A stretch of DNA of 64,000 nucleotides, taken from positions 43,090,001-43,154,000 of the forward strand of contig NC_045138.2 in NCBI RefSeq assembly GCF_008831285.2. Reading direction: 5' to 3'. The stretch's first letter is position 1, and every line of letters starts with the position of its first letter. A program made the position numbers and the translations under genes. Of this stretch, positions 18,989 through 32,789 are shown piece after piece. The notes under the pieces were generated by a model that was not told where the DNA came from, made no database searches, and was given only the letters and a program-made list of their open reading frames with translations. This DNA comes from Nymphaea colorata (taxonomy: Eukaryota).

Positions 18989-19484
18989 ATATAAATATAT
19001 AAAATAAAAGTTCTCCACCATGGAGCTCGAGTTCATCCTACACTTCAATTTTACAAAACAACATGAGTTTATTTTCTCACTATAAAACTGCATGAGCCCA
19101 TCCTTTGATAATCTGTTACCTGAGCTGCTTTCTTTTGCCGAAAAATCACAAAACTAGAGTTGAGCAAGTTTTTTATCATGATAGACATATATAATTTTTA
19201 TGATGTTAGTCACTGAGGAGGGAAAGTGAAACATGAGTAGGAGAACATGGTTGAGATTTCTCTGTTGTTCTGAAATTCTAAGGTTGCAATTTCAATAAAT
19301 AACAACAATGAAATGAAAAAAAAACATGCATCAATCAAATCAATTCACATGCACATAAGTCATATGGTTCATTCGCAGACAATGTGGTTTTTATAAAAGT
19401 CAGACCCTATTGCTAGAAGAGAGAGAGTGAGAGTGAGAGGGAATTCTTACTGGATTTGCTTGATCTGTTTTAGAACCAAATCAC

Positions 19485-19725
19485 TCACTCTATGCTTCTA
19501 TAGGTTGCTAGAAGGAGAAGGTTCTCTGGTTAGGGCAGGCTGTGAGCAAGTAACTTGATTAGTCTAAGAAAATGAAATTGCTCCACATATGCGTCTCTAG
19601 GTGCCTAGACAGAGAAGATTCTCTGGTTAGGGCAAATAGTGAGCAAATGACTCTATCAATCTGAGGAATTCAAATTACTCCATATGCTTCTACAGGTGCT
19701 TAGATGACTAGATGGAAAAGAGCTT
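19485..19725. repeat. Degenerate tandem repeat, ~95-bp unit, ~2.5 copies
   Basis: TATGC..CT..AGGT..CTAGA..GAGAAG.TTCTCTGGTTAGGGCA recurs near 19491, 19588 and partly 19683. Confidence 0.7.
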
Positions 19726-20917
19726 CTTCAGTGAGGGCTGGCGGAGAGTAGTTAAGTTTAGGGATCGACAATGTTGCCGATGGATCATAGGTGAGGTAAA
19801 GATGAAGGACATAGAGAGAGAGAGAGGATGGGCGATCGATAGTGATGAGAAGAATTAATAGGCAAAATGGGTAATTGATTGAAGGGTGACTGATGGAAAG
19901 AGAGAGAGAAGGGGCAACAAAGGGATGGAGATAAAAGAGAAAGCCATGGAAGTGTTTGAGATAAAAAAGGAAAGAAAATGGACGAAATGGCAAATAAAAA
20001 AATGTTTTGCCCTTTATAAGCTTGCATGTGTACTTTGGAAAGGTTCCCCAAACGATGCTATGGACCTATTCCTAATTGTCGTAATTGTTGTAGTGAACAC
20101 AATCTTCCCTTTGTGAACTCCCCGTTTAGCTCAAGCAACCAACGATTGCCTGAGCACATCTTGTGGCCCACAATTGTGCTGAACTTACTAGCTTGTAAGC
20201 TTGTAGAACTATTGACAACCACAATTTCAAGAATAGGACACTCATTGCTCCAAAATCACAAAGCAGCACTTGTGTCTAACATGAGATAAAGGTCCAAAAT
20301 CCCAATGCCACAGAAGTGAAAACTAGAACTTTATTCAGATGTAGGTCAAGACAGTCCTATGCACGGTGAAGCTCACACAAGTTCTGCTAGCTACAACCCT
20401 AGTATTACTAGCATCAACACATTGTGAGCCGCAAGTGTTGCCATTCCTTTTTGGGTCCATTAGTTAAGAAATAGAAAGAAAACATATGCACACGAACAAA
20501 GAGATATTGAGATAGAAAGAGAAAGAGACATATGCTGCATGGAGGACCAATCACACATTGGGTACTAACAAGCTTTTGTTTTTCCACTCACCTTGGAGGC
20601 ATACACTATATGGGAAACAACAATTGTATTTTTCAATTCTAGTAGGCCTGGTTTCATGTAAGGCTTATCCTAGAAGATGGAAAATTAGGTTTAATTTGTG
20701 AAGTTTTTGAACTTGATTACAATAGCCATGGAAATGGACATATGCTACCTCAAAGACATCCTAGCCCACTCAAAACATGGGATTTACTTTCAGATGTTCA
20801 ACAAGAGAAGCTTTATCCATGGCAGGTATTTTACTTGCATTTACTAGAAGAGCTTCTTGCAAAATATCCCATTATAATAAAATTTCATAGCAAATGGTCA
20901 GATTTGTTTCCTTAGAG

Positions 20918-21238
20918 GTGTTTGATAAGTGTTTTTTTGGACAGAACAGACAGGACGTCCTATCTACCACACCTCTATCATGTCCATCCTATCATTGGTG
21001 CTCTCTATCCATTGTTTGATTGTTTTAGGAACATAGCACACATTTTTTCTGTCCAACATTTGTTTTCCTCACTATCTGTCTTGTCTATTATGTTGGTTCT
21101 ATCCAATGTTTGATTTGTGTCACCATCTGTCCCATTCAATCTGTCTATTCTATCCTACATTTGCATATGTCAGGTCCATTCTATATGTTTTGTCTAGTGT
21201 TTGCATATTGTACAGTTTGTTCTGTTTTATCCAAGCAC
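20918..21238. mobile_element. Possible MITE (Tourist/Harbinger-like)
   Basis: Imperfect inverted ends GTGTTTGATAA..GGACAGAACAGAC and GTTTGTTCTGTTTTATCCAAGCAC, with internal TGTCC repeats. Confidence 0.35.
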
Positions 21239-21239
21239 G

Positions 21240-23848
21240 AAACTCATTAGAGGTATGTAATCATCATCCCTCTCATTTTTTTTTTCTCATCTTCATCTCT
21301 CCATGGCCAAAGGAGATAGCACTCAACCTCTTTTTAGAAAAAGAAGCTATGCTCAAGTGCACTGGGAGCATGAGAAGATGAGATGATATTTTATTTTATG
21401 ATTAAATCATGCTCTTTCAAGTATTCTTGTTGTTGTTTTTTTTCATTAATATGTTCTTAATATTATGCTATTCCTTTTTCTTGAACATAGTCTTGTTGAT
21501 TGTTTTCATTTTCTCTTCTCATTTTCATCTCCCCATGGCCAAAGGGGATAGCACTCAACCTCTTTTTAGAGACAAGAGGCTATGCTCAAATGCATCGGGA
21601 GCATGAGAAGATGAGATGATATTTTATTTTATGATTAAATCATGCTATTTCAAGTATTCTTGTTGTTGTTGTTCTTTCCCTTCATGAATATATTCTTGTT
21701 TTTATTGTTATTTCCTTTCTTCAATATAGCCTTGTTCTTGTTATTTTATTTTCTCTCTTCCTCATCTCCCCATGGCCAAAGGAGATAACACTCAATCTCT
21801 TTTTAGAGACAAGAGGCTGTGCTCAAGTGCATTGGGAGCATAGAAGGATGAGATGATTTTTCATTTCGTGATTGAATCATGCTTTCTCTTTTATTAAATA
21901 TGGCATTGTTTTTCTTTTTATATTTTCTCCTCATGTTCATCTCCCTATGGCTAAAGGAGGTAGCACTCAATCTCTTTTTAGAGACAAGAGGCTATGCTCA
22001 AGTGCACCGGGAACATGGAAAGATGAGATGATCTTTCATTTTAATCATGTTCTTTCTTTTCATTAATACATTTTTGTTGTTCTTTTGCTTCTTCTTATTT
22101 TCCTTTACTCCTTATTTTCCCATGGTCAAAGGAGATAGCTCTCAATCTCTATTTTAGAGTCAAGAGGCTATACTCAAGTGCACCGAGAACATGAGAAGAT
22201 GAGGTGACATATCATTTCATAGTTACATCATGTCCTCCCTCCTAATTGAACCTTGCACTTTCCGTCATCCTCTTTCTCTTTTTCCTTTCTTGAATGTTGT
22301 CTATATATTTTCCATGCATAGTTGCTTGGTTTTCTACTTATATGTGAATGTATGGTGGGAAAGAGTGTGGTTTGGGGACTCTTTATTTTCATATTAATTT
22401 TTAAGGTTGGGACTTGTCCAACCCGGGATAAACCCTCACAAAAATGTACATGTTAATATGCATTTGCATGTCATTTTCTGCTAGTTTCCTTCTTAATCAT
22501 CCCATTAGAAACCCTAACGAGTGTTTCATTATGTTGCTTATTTTCTTTTATACCCAATGGTGGAAGAAATATATCCTTTACAACAAACTAAATAATAACA
22601 TTCTATGCTTATTTTCCAAAACATTTTCAAACGGAACCTTCTAACATGGCCCTAAGGACTTAGCTTAAACTCTTGTATGAGTCCAAGCTCCCTTCCGGCC
22701 CACATTAAACTTGAAGTTGGTAATTTTAAGTTATTCCTTGATTTCTAATCTTGTGAAGGTTTGGATGTATACACATGCTATATACATCTATGCCAACATG
22801 ATGACCCCCCATCTTCCTCTCTCTATGCTTTCACTTTCCATTTTATAAATTTTCATATGTGCATGAATATGTATGTACGTGCTCTATTTCCTCTCTTTCA
22901 AATATTTATTTCTCTTTTCAAGACAAATATCTTCTCTTATAAAATTTCTCAAACCCACATATACGTATGATATTTTTTTTCCTCTAAAATTTCTCTTTCT
23001 CTTCAAATCAATACATCTTTTTCTCTTAAGCTTTTATATATGTGTATATGTGATTGTATGTACACATGTATGCATGTCTTTCTCTATCTCTCTCTCTTTC
23101 TTTTCATAAGAGTGTTTTATCTTTTATATTTTTTTTAACATTCTCTTCTCATAATATTTTTATCTACCAACTTCATTAAGACCACAAAAAGTAATGACCC
23201 AACATTGGAGTCATGCTTGATGGTCTACAATCTCAATCCCCTTTCAAAAATTTTTCCTTCTTATATACAACAAGAAAAACCTTAGATGTTGTGGTAGGAA
23301 TGACTTTAGATGAATGTTGTGGTAGGAATGTTTTACATTCATATAGGATAAATGCATCCATGCATTCTTACCCACTTTATTTCACTTATGATCACAAGCA
23401 TCTCTCTAAAAGAACTTAAGCAAGATGGGATGAAGCTCTAACTAGGTGGTAAACGAATTAGAGCAAAATCTCAAACCTACTTAAAGTCTTAAGAGAACAC
23501 TAAAGTGATTTCAAGATGATTTCACAAGTTTTTCAAATGGTACTTATTAATTCCACTTTTTCCTCAAAACATTTCACATTTTCAAGCAACCCTTCAAGAG
23601 TCTTTTCAAAAATTTGAAACATCAAACTTTCAATATTTTTTACACCGCATATAGAATCAAAAGGATGTTTAAGTTAAAATGAAATGCATCAATGATGAAC
23701 ATAGCCCTTGGATCGATTACCCCCGGTAAAGGCGCCGAGAACGGTCAATCCTCGTACCGACTGGCGAGTCCATTTTCTTTCTTATTTCAAAACAAAACTC
23801 AATTTTTTTGAAGCACTCCAAAACCAATAAAATTTTGGGATGCAAACA
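21240..23848 (+). mobile_element. 5'-truncated long LTR (gypsy-type), related to 32790-35313
   Basis: Colinear blocks shared with 33520-35313, e.g. AGTAATGACCCAA.ATTGGA.TCATGCTTGATGGTCTA and GATCACAAGCA..TCTCTAAAAGAACTTAAGCAAGATG. Ends GGGATGCAAACA. No PBS follows. Confidence 0.7.
21294..22208 (+). repeat. Five copies of a ~95-bp conserved block separated by T-rich spacers
   Basis: Copies start at 21294, 21526, 21763, 21938 and ~22113 (spacing 232, 237, 175, 175). Consensus CATCTCCCCATGGCCAAAGGAGATAGCACTCAAYCTCTTTTTAGAGACAAGAGGCTATGCTCAAGTGCACCGGGAGCATGAGAAGATGAG. Confidence 0.92.
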
Positions 23849-26800
23849 GTTGGTTTTGCTTGTTTTGTCCTTTGTTTTTAAAGTCTAAAGACATCATAGA
23901 AAGTTTACACCTTAAAAATCATTCATCAAGTCGATAGAACAAGAATATCTTATATTTGTACCATTACAAAATTCGTAACAAAAGCTAATTAAATCAAAAT
24001 CTGTGATCCTGTTAAATAAAGATAATACATAGAACACCAGTATGGCAAAATCAACTCATTTAAATTAATAGCTTGAACAAAAACATAATCAGTGTTTGAT
24101 GTTCAAAAGTTTAAATAGCCAACAATATGAAGTAAATCCATAGAAAATCAAAATACAAAAGGGGTCCAGATGTTGGTATACATCCACATAGAAATGAATA
24201 CAAAAGTTCATAAACCTATGACAACGAGACTAGACTTATTATAGTCACAGCCAATTATGATAACTCGTCAACAACCAATAGCTCATCAAGAACTGATCTT
24301 TTGGCCTACTGTAACTACTAAAATGTGGATGATTATTTTCCCATGTGTTGTATATGCCTCTAGTCCTCTGCTCATAAACCAAATAATACTTGGGATGATT
24401 CATTGTCTAGTACCTGTATGCCATGGAAAATACAAAGTCAAACAAATAATTAGGAAACCTACAAAAGAGAAACAATTTTTTCTTTCCAATTGGCACATAT
24501 GTAATGTCACACAATAGATAGATAAATTGTAACAAAATGTGATGATAACCAGAATGCAAAACTCTATCAAACTATCATTATCAATTTCTTTTATGAGCTT
24601 ATAATGCAACGCAGCTAGGAAATATCTCTACAAGCACACTTCCCACAACTTTGACAAATCTAACTTCTTAATTTATGTACCTCTACTTCATTAGGTGTGA
24701 AGTGAAATAAAAAAGCAAACTATGAAGTATTTCTTCACGAATTATGAAGACTTAGAATAATTATAATGAATCTTGGAAAAGAATAAGGTTTTAGCCTGTG
24801 CCATTATTGTTTGCCTCTACATTAAAAGTGCTACTAAAGAAAAATTATGCAAAAAATCTTCAACCAATGTGGACCTTCTGAACATTATAATAAGGTTGCC
24901 TTTTTGCCCCTACACAATTAAAAATTGACATAGCTATATACACCCAACAGCGAGATGTTCAAATATGTGGCTTTTATGAAGATTTATCGGATTTTATATT
25001 CATATACACCATCCACCAAGGAGCAATTAGACCTCTTGATTGCCCTACATGACACCCAAAAATCAAAATTCTTAGAACATAAGAAACAATGGGCTTCATT
25101 ACCAAGATGTAAAGGTGATTACTAGCTAGCTCGAGATAACAGGAGAGGGAAAAATTCTTAAAATGTATGCAGAGGCATATCATGATTAATGGATGCAGAA
25201 ATTGTGTACAAAATTGCCACAACAAAAAAATTCAAGTTTTGGAAGCATACACAAATCTGAACTTGAATATCACCTAAAAGATTTTAAGTGAAACAACTAT
25301 CAAATTATGATGCTACCCACAAACTGATCTCTCTCTCTCCTTCCCCATGTGTGTGTGAGAGAGAGAGAGAGTTTAGAGTTGCTATAGAAATGTGTCACAC
25401 ACCTAAGTTGCCCTTAACAGCATCGACGTTGGTGGCCTCTTTTCTTTGGTTCAAAATATGGCCTTTCTAACACCATTGTCACATTTAGACTCCTGCACTA
25501 ACAAAGCAGCACCAACAAACCTAGCATTACATGAAAACATGTTGAATTACATGATGATTATGCCACACACTATTCTTTCATTTTTTGGTAATAAAGGTCA
25601 GACAGACCCACACTCTCAGCAGATTTGCTATGTGCTATGATGAACAGCAGTTGGCCTGGTGATCATGACTATGATGTACAACAGTTGCTCATTCGAGCAG
25701 AAAATATGTTTACTTAGTTTTACTTAAAGCATGCATATAGAGTATAGTTTTCTTTCATGCTTTTTAATCATTCATTACACCTATGTTTTAATATGCACTG
25801 AACCTACTAGATGTTTGTCCTTGCTTTTGGATTAAGAGTTTTATTAACAAGATATGATATTTGGTTCTATGTCAATCTCTAATTTCAAATTTAGAACAAT
25901 GATCTTATAAATTTTTCATATCTTGATTTCCATTTTTGGACTTAGATATAGATTTCTCTATTAGGTTCATGTCCTACGTCTAAGTTTCAATAGCAACTGG
26001 ACTCTAGGTCTATATGACCTAGTTTTTGCATGCATCATGTTTGATTTAGGACATCAATTTCTATTGATCTATTATGATCAATACATGAACAGACATTAAT
26101 ATTAATTTCTTCTTGTTCATAAGTCCATTTTTGAGACCTATTTAGATTTTAAAACATGCATGATTTTAAAATTAGGGTACATTTGCTTTCTTAGGTTTTC
26201 GACAATATTTAGACTTAGGAATTGGAACATTAGGTCGAGTACTTAGTTTGACTATCCTTCATAAAGGCACCAGAAATGGTTAGATCTTGTACCAACAGGT
26301 CAGGTCCCATCTCTTGGAATCCCGCACAAGCCAAACAAAGGCGAGTACGAGTAATGATATCCTATTTATTGCGGTCTGCATGTAAGATTTGATGATGAAA
26401 AAATTTACATGTAAACACAATCACAATTAGAAAACTATAGTTACTTACTATAAGTTAAACCCACACTGGCCCGTAGACATGTAAATTGTTGGTTAGTGGT
26501 TGTCCATTACCAACTACTCTAAATTAGGTAATCTATAGCTATTAAATCAAATTCAATAAGACTAGCAACAAAAGAAAAACATCTTAAGGAAAACATTCAC
26601 CTTATAAAAACATAAAAAAATTCAAGATAAATTGCTGCAAAGTAATAAGAACATAATTTAGTACATGCAAATTCTACAAAAATAGTCCTGGCTATTGGTC
26701 TAGTACATTAATCCTAACTATACTAACAAGAATCTCATGAAGCAATAGAAACTACTCATTAATTAGGCCAACAAAATGAAAACTTAATCTAAGCCACTGC

Positions 26801-27869
26801 TACAGGAATGTTGCTGCAATCTAACTAAAAATGCTCAAGAAACGTAATCAAAGCACCACCTTCCTGCATGTTTTCACGCTGTTATAGCAGAAAATTATAG
26901 AAATCTGTCTGCCACAAGTTCTATATGCTGGAAAATGAAGGAGCTCAGCTACACAATGGCCAAATAAGAAGACATACACACTGTACTATGCTATTCGACC
27001 TAGCTAGCAAAATTCGTGCAAGATGAGCATACAGTGAAGAATGAAGCATGGAATTTGACAACCTAATGCAGAGTTAGCAGAAATGCACCTCAAAATGAGC
27101 ATTTATTAACTTGAAAACTCAGAAATTCTAGTCTATGTGGTAGAAAACATTAACAAGTACCTAATCTAGGACATGAAATGCTAGAAAACATTAAAACTTA
27201 CTAGAAATGTGTTCTGGTCCTCTTGAATCTTTGGTTCTACAGCAGCTACACCACCAAAGAGTCTTCCATCTAGGGACAATTTATCCTCCATCGTGCTGGG
27301 CATCAAGGGTTGAGGGAATGTAAAATGGAGGGAGAGAGGCCATGAACGGAAGGCTTCTTCTCAATGGCAAACTTTCTCTAGAGCCTCAGTAATAGAGATT
27401 AAAAAGAGAGAGGAGGGATCTACTGGTCGTGCTTCCCTTTTCTCATGAGCTAGGATTTGTGGATTTTAGATTTTTCCAAAAACAGCACTTAAATTGATGT
27501 TTGATTTTCAAAATACTACTTTAGTGTTTTTTTTGTACTTAATTTTTAAAGTTTCTACTTAAACTTTTTAAAGTTTCTACTTAAACCTAAATTTATTAAG
27601 ACAAAATGCAAATCTAATTTTAAGAAAATCCAAGCTAAGATTCAAGGGTATGGACCCAACCAAAAGTATAGGTTTTTAGGATAGAAAAAAATGATTTTAC
27701 CCTTGGGAGCTGAATTTCACTATTTTGCACATAGTTTCTTTGGTTTAGTTCTAATTTTGATCAAATTCAACCAATGATTCCTTGAACCCTTTACAAACTC
27801 AAACATGAGGATTTAAGCATTAAATGCACGAAAATAATAACGATAATTAGCATATTCATGCATTATCAG

Positions 27870-30808
27870 CACCTTAGGAAGCTCTTATGGTAGGAAATGC
27901 AGAATGCTGATGTGTTGGTATGAAGTAAGTGAGAGGAAGCTTTCTAGGGCTAGAATTGGTATATGACCACATACAAGGTCAAATTGATGAAATACAATAT
28001 GACAGCAGCTCATTTTGAAGAAAAGAATTATGTAGATAATAGACATAGAGACCTTCGATTTGAAGTAGGAGACACAGTCTTTCTCAAGGTGCCGCCTTGG
28101 AAAGGGGTGGCTAATTTCATAAAAAGTAGCAAACTAAGCCTAAGGAACAATGGGCCAAATAAAAATTTAGAGAGAATTGGGGATGTTATCAACTTTAGTT
28201 GTTTGTTGAACTGTCTAGAATACACAGTCTTTTATGTGTCAATGCTGAGAAAATATATTTTTGAACCATCACATGTCCTTAAAGAAAAACCAAAATAGTT
28301 GAAGGAGGACTTGACTTATTCAGTGAGACCGGCAAGCATTGTGGAATAGAAAGACACTAATTGGTTCGAGAAAAGATTGTACCACTTATAAAGGTTCAAT
28401 AGACCGAAAGATGCTACCTGGGAATGAAAAGGTGTATGATATTTTGATTCCTTTAGGTTTTTTAAAGAGGTTAGTGAAATTTTGATGATGAATTTCCCTA
28501 TAAAGGGTTGGGTGGATTATTATGCCCATGTTCTTTTCAAATAGCTGTTTGAGAACGTTTACAATTTTAGGAGTCATTTGAAAATTTGCAACTTTCTTGG
28601 GTTGAGTTTGCAAAATTTGGGAGAGAATAGGGCTTATTGATCCCTATCGCCTCTCTTCCTCCTCATTTGGGTAAAAGATCGGAGAGTCGAGAGATAGCGA
28701 GAAGGGAGTGAACAAGGGACAAAGAGGGAGCGAGAACAAGAGAGAATTACAACAAGAGCATAAGACAGGTGGAACAAGGGAAGAAGAGAAGATAAGAGAA
28801 AGGCAGATGCAAGGAAGATGAATAACATGGTTGTGGTGGCTTAAGTCATTTGGGAATTTCAATTTTCTCTTTTAAACTTTAATTTTCCTCTTGGATTGAT
28901 AGTTAAATGATTATCTTGTTCATCTGAGTTAAGAAATTCTGAGTTTTGACCAGCTAGGTGACGTTTATGTAGTAATCACAGTCCATATTAAAAAGGAGGG
29001 GGATTATATGACATGTATATAATGGAATTTAGGAGTTTCTCTTAGATATGGGTGAAAGTTTACATATGATGGAATGGTTACATGAATCCAATGTGAGAAG
29101 TTCAGCATGTTTTGTTTTAACACATGCTTTCATGACCTCATAGGAATGTGTCCATCTACAGTCCCCACTTGAACCTTGATTCAAGTTGATATTTAAATAT
29201 AAAAGATGAAAATAATTTAGATGGAATTTGATTAGACATAGTCATTGTGTTAGGCTGAAATGAGAGTAGGCTTTTATTGCCACGTATGGGCTAAATTTGC
29301 AGGTTCTATGATCAAGGATTTGGATCTTTAATGTTGTTAGAATAGGCTGCGTCCTTGTAACTAAAGAGATGTATGGCCATGCACGGCTAATGTTGTTTGG
29401 TATTTATATCAATTAAAATTTTAATTAATTCCAAGGGAGTTGATCTAGAAAGTCATAGCAGCATAATTATAGGATTCATAATTATTGGGACTGCTAGATA
29501 TGTAGTGGGAATAGGTGAAGGTCACTTATTGAGATTTATGATTGATCATAATATTTACTGTTATTAGGTGGGCCAGCATATGTAACCGCATCCAAGGATA
29601 TGCCCAAAGAACCTAGTAAATTGAACTCCCTTTTGGTGATCAGATTTTAGTGTAAATGTTTAATTGTGTGGCTGGTGTATTTCATATTGTGATCTCCATA
29701 TCTGATGAACAGTTTTTGTACGGTTTCTTTAATGCATAATATTGATTTTCTTATGTTACTATTAAATGAATTATGGTATTTCATGTCATTGCGATTTCTG
29801 CTATCACTGATTGGTTGTATCATTAATTTGTTTAGTCATTTGATGGAAACTTAATTGCATAAACTGTTGCAGCAACATTTCAGCAATATGTTTGTACCTT
29901 AACTATAAACTAATGAGTTTCTTGTTGGTATGGATGTGATATTATATGCATGTTTGATGATTGTATATGAATTAGAGATGTTATTACATTTAAACTCTTA
30001 TAGGAATTTCAGACCAAAATTACATAAGAAAGATTCCCCCCATGTGACCCATATACCAACAGGTTATAAGATGTTAAGAATGACAACTCTGAAAGAGAAA
30101 TGAAGAATGAAGCAAATTATTGTTGAATGAGTATGAGTACAGCTTTCATTAGAGACAAGGATTAAAATTCTCAACTAAGTCTCTATCATGGCTGGTTGTG
30201 TGGGCTGCTTAAAGGCAGGGACCACTATGATAGCCCACAAGGAGCATGACCAGCAAGGACCGATGAGCAAGTCCTCTTAAGTCTCCTACATTTGTTACTT
30301 ATGGGGAGTTGATCAAATATAAGATGGACACTAGTCGCAAGATTCCACAAAGGAGTAGAGAGCAAGTCTCTCTTGAGGCGAACGAGCATACTTTAAGAAA
30401 GAGATTGGTACAAGAAAACCAATGACAACATAGAGTTAAGAATTATGTTTAAAACAAGTTGAATGGAATCAAGTTTTGAATGTGTTAATATGGTGTTGTC
30501 TACTATTTGTTGATATCATATACCTGTCTTTTGATTTGAATGAACATTACAGTAGGTCTGCCTATTGAGTCATTATGACTCTCCACTTAAATATTCTTTT
30601 TTTAGCTGAGCGAGATAGGGTTCCAAGTCAAGGCAGTTGAGCATCAATTTATATCAAGCCTCCAAGTTCCCAAAGTAATTTGTGGAGAGTATAATTGTCT
30701 TTTGATTGTTTAATGTATTTGTATGGCATGTAGAAAGGGCATGAGTGTCTTCTCATGAGAAAAAAAATGCATAACTTCCGGTTTGGGAATGAGAATGTGG
30801 TCATTACA
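27870..30808 (+). mobile_element. Ty3/gypsy (Tekay/Del chromovirus-like) 3' end: integrase C-terminus, PPT and ~2.3-kb 3' LTR
   Basis: EALYGRKCR..CWYEV and YVDNRHRDLRFEVGDTVFLKVPPWKGV...FYVSMLRKYIFEPSHVL. PPT-like TATAAAGGGTTGGGTGGAT near 28500. LTR runs from ~28518 (TATTATGCCC) to 30808 (GTGGTCATTACA). Confidence 0.8.
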
Positions 30809-30979
30809 TCTTAAATTCCTAGCACATATTACAACTTTAAATTAAAATTGTATCTTAGTGACCTTTGAATTTTGAATTCTCAAAGTAACCATAGTTTTAT
30901 CCTCACTCCTTGGAGTAGGGGTGACATAAGATTTGCATACCTTGGTAGGAACTTTTCAAATGAATCCAGTAACCTCCTC

Positions 30980-30982
<3 letters not shown>

Positions 30983-31052
<70 letters not shown>

Positions 31053-31365
31053 ACCTTCTATTAATAAAACACTAACTCGAACCAACACTAAAACTTATTT
31101 TCCCTGTGATGGCCTCTACCTCGATGCAGATGTGCAGCCATGCAAAGAGTGAGAGAGAGTGAAAGATGAGAGTGATTGCAATGGGGGTTGATCGGAGGCC
31201 TCTCTCTTTCCAGTGAGTTGAAAAGATGCAGGAGGAGCTAGAAGAGCACGGGAGAGATGAGAGAGAGAGGGGGGATTGGCAAATGGCTTGAAAAAATTGG
31301 GTTTTGTCCCTGAGTCAAACCTTTCATTTTTTTTTTCTCCTACATCATCTTATATCTCAAACTGA

Positions 31366-31454
<89 letters not shown>
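30983..31454. repeat. (GA)n microsatellite 30983-31049 and compound (TA)n(GA)n 31369-31454
   Basis: Seen directly. Confidence 0.9.
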
Positions 31455-31456
<2 letters not shown>

Positions 31457-31967
31457 AGGGATTCAATATTTGCATTGTGATAAATGTGCTTGGATGGTTA
31501 AAATTTTAAAAATTTATCACCAAAAAGCAGTCGTTAAGTTCGCGTTAACCACAGTTTATGTGTGGCGATGGTTTATAGTGACTTTAGCAACAATTTATGG
31601 CCTTTTTAGTGATGGATTTTTAAATTCAATCAACCAGAAACTATCTGGCACATGACAACATCCACTTTTCTTATATATATATATATATAGAAAGAGTTAG
31701 AGAGAAAGAGAGAGAGAGAGAAGAAAGCTTCTATATAATTCATTAAAACAAAAGAATTTTAGTCTACACCAAAATATATACAAATTATTATAGTCATCCA
31801 AGGTCTTGCAAAAGTAGGGCAAGCAAAATAAGTAGGCCTAATCAGGACTTCGGAAGAAGTGGTCTCCTAGTAATCACCTGCCTATTTGTACTCCATGCTT
31901 GCAGCAGTAAATATTAAAAATTATTTACAACAGTAAAAAAATAGCACACCAATAAAAATTAGGAATA

Positions 31968-32784
31968 TGTTATAACAAAATAAAAGATTATCTGTATTCT
32001 AGTAAGCTAAGACTTGAAATATTGAAGGCAACCTTCTGGTGTATTTAAAGGAATTTGTAATCATCTGTTAGAAACTAATGAAGAACTAGCTTGCTGAAAA
32101 CTCTTTTCTATTCTCTGCTACTTCTCTCTCGGGCTCTGTATTTAGGAATCCTGCTCTTCCTTGTCCAACATTGAGTTTATAACTGCCATTTGAGAAGAAT
32201 ACGAGAATTGCAATGTTCGTTTCCTTGTCCCATTTGTCAGACTTGTAGCTAGATGGGCGTTATCACCTCAATTTTTTTTCAAAAAAGAGGTGTACTTTAT
32301 TTTCACTCAAAGCTCAATTATTTCATCTGGATTTAATTATGGGCCTTAAGCTCGACCCTAGACCCAAAACAAACTCACATGTCGTTACCTAAGTCCAATT
32401 CATGAATATTCGATCCAAAATGAATCTCCAGACCCATGTCTCAGTCCAAACACAAAATTCAAATTCAAAACCCAACCTTAGATGTGAGATTCATATCCAA
32501 AATCCAATTTTCTGATCTTAATTAGATCCAAAACCCAAGTTTAGATCTAATTGACAAATTCAAACTCAAATTCAAAAGTCGATATCCAAATGACAAAATT
32601 TAATGCTATTGAGTGTCGTGCGCATGTGCATGGACGTTCCCTTTGTTTTATGTTTCGTTCTCGTGCCAAGATGTGCTTTTGAGCTTAAATCACTCACTAG
32701 AACGTGTCGATGACCAATTAAACCCAATCCGGATCTAAAATGAGCCCGTAATCATTCAAAATGGAGTCGGTTTAATTTTCAACA
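31968..32784 (-). mobile_element. Probable LTR remnant in minus orientation
   Basis: Minus strand begins TGTTGAAAA at 32784 and has a candidate ...ATAACA end at 31968, with a TATA-like motif followed by a purine tract. No TSD found. Confidence 0.4.
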
Positions 32785-32789
32785 AAAAC

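Noticed and set aside
21294..21387. Hammerhead ribozyme / retrozyme
   Set aside because: No CUGANGA...GAAA core on either strand of the block.
21294..22208. CRISPR-like repeat-spacer appearance
   Set aside because: The context is a eukaryotic LTR, the repeats are ~95 bp, the spacers are T-rich and related to each other, and there are no cas genes.
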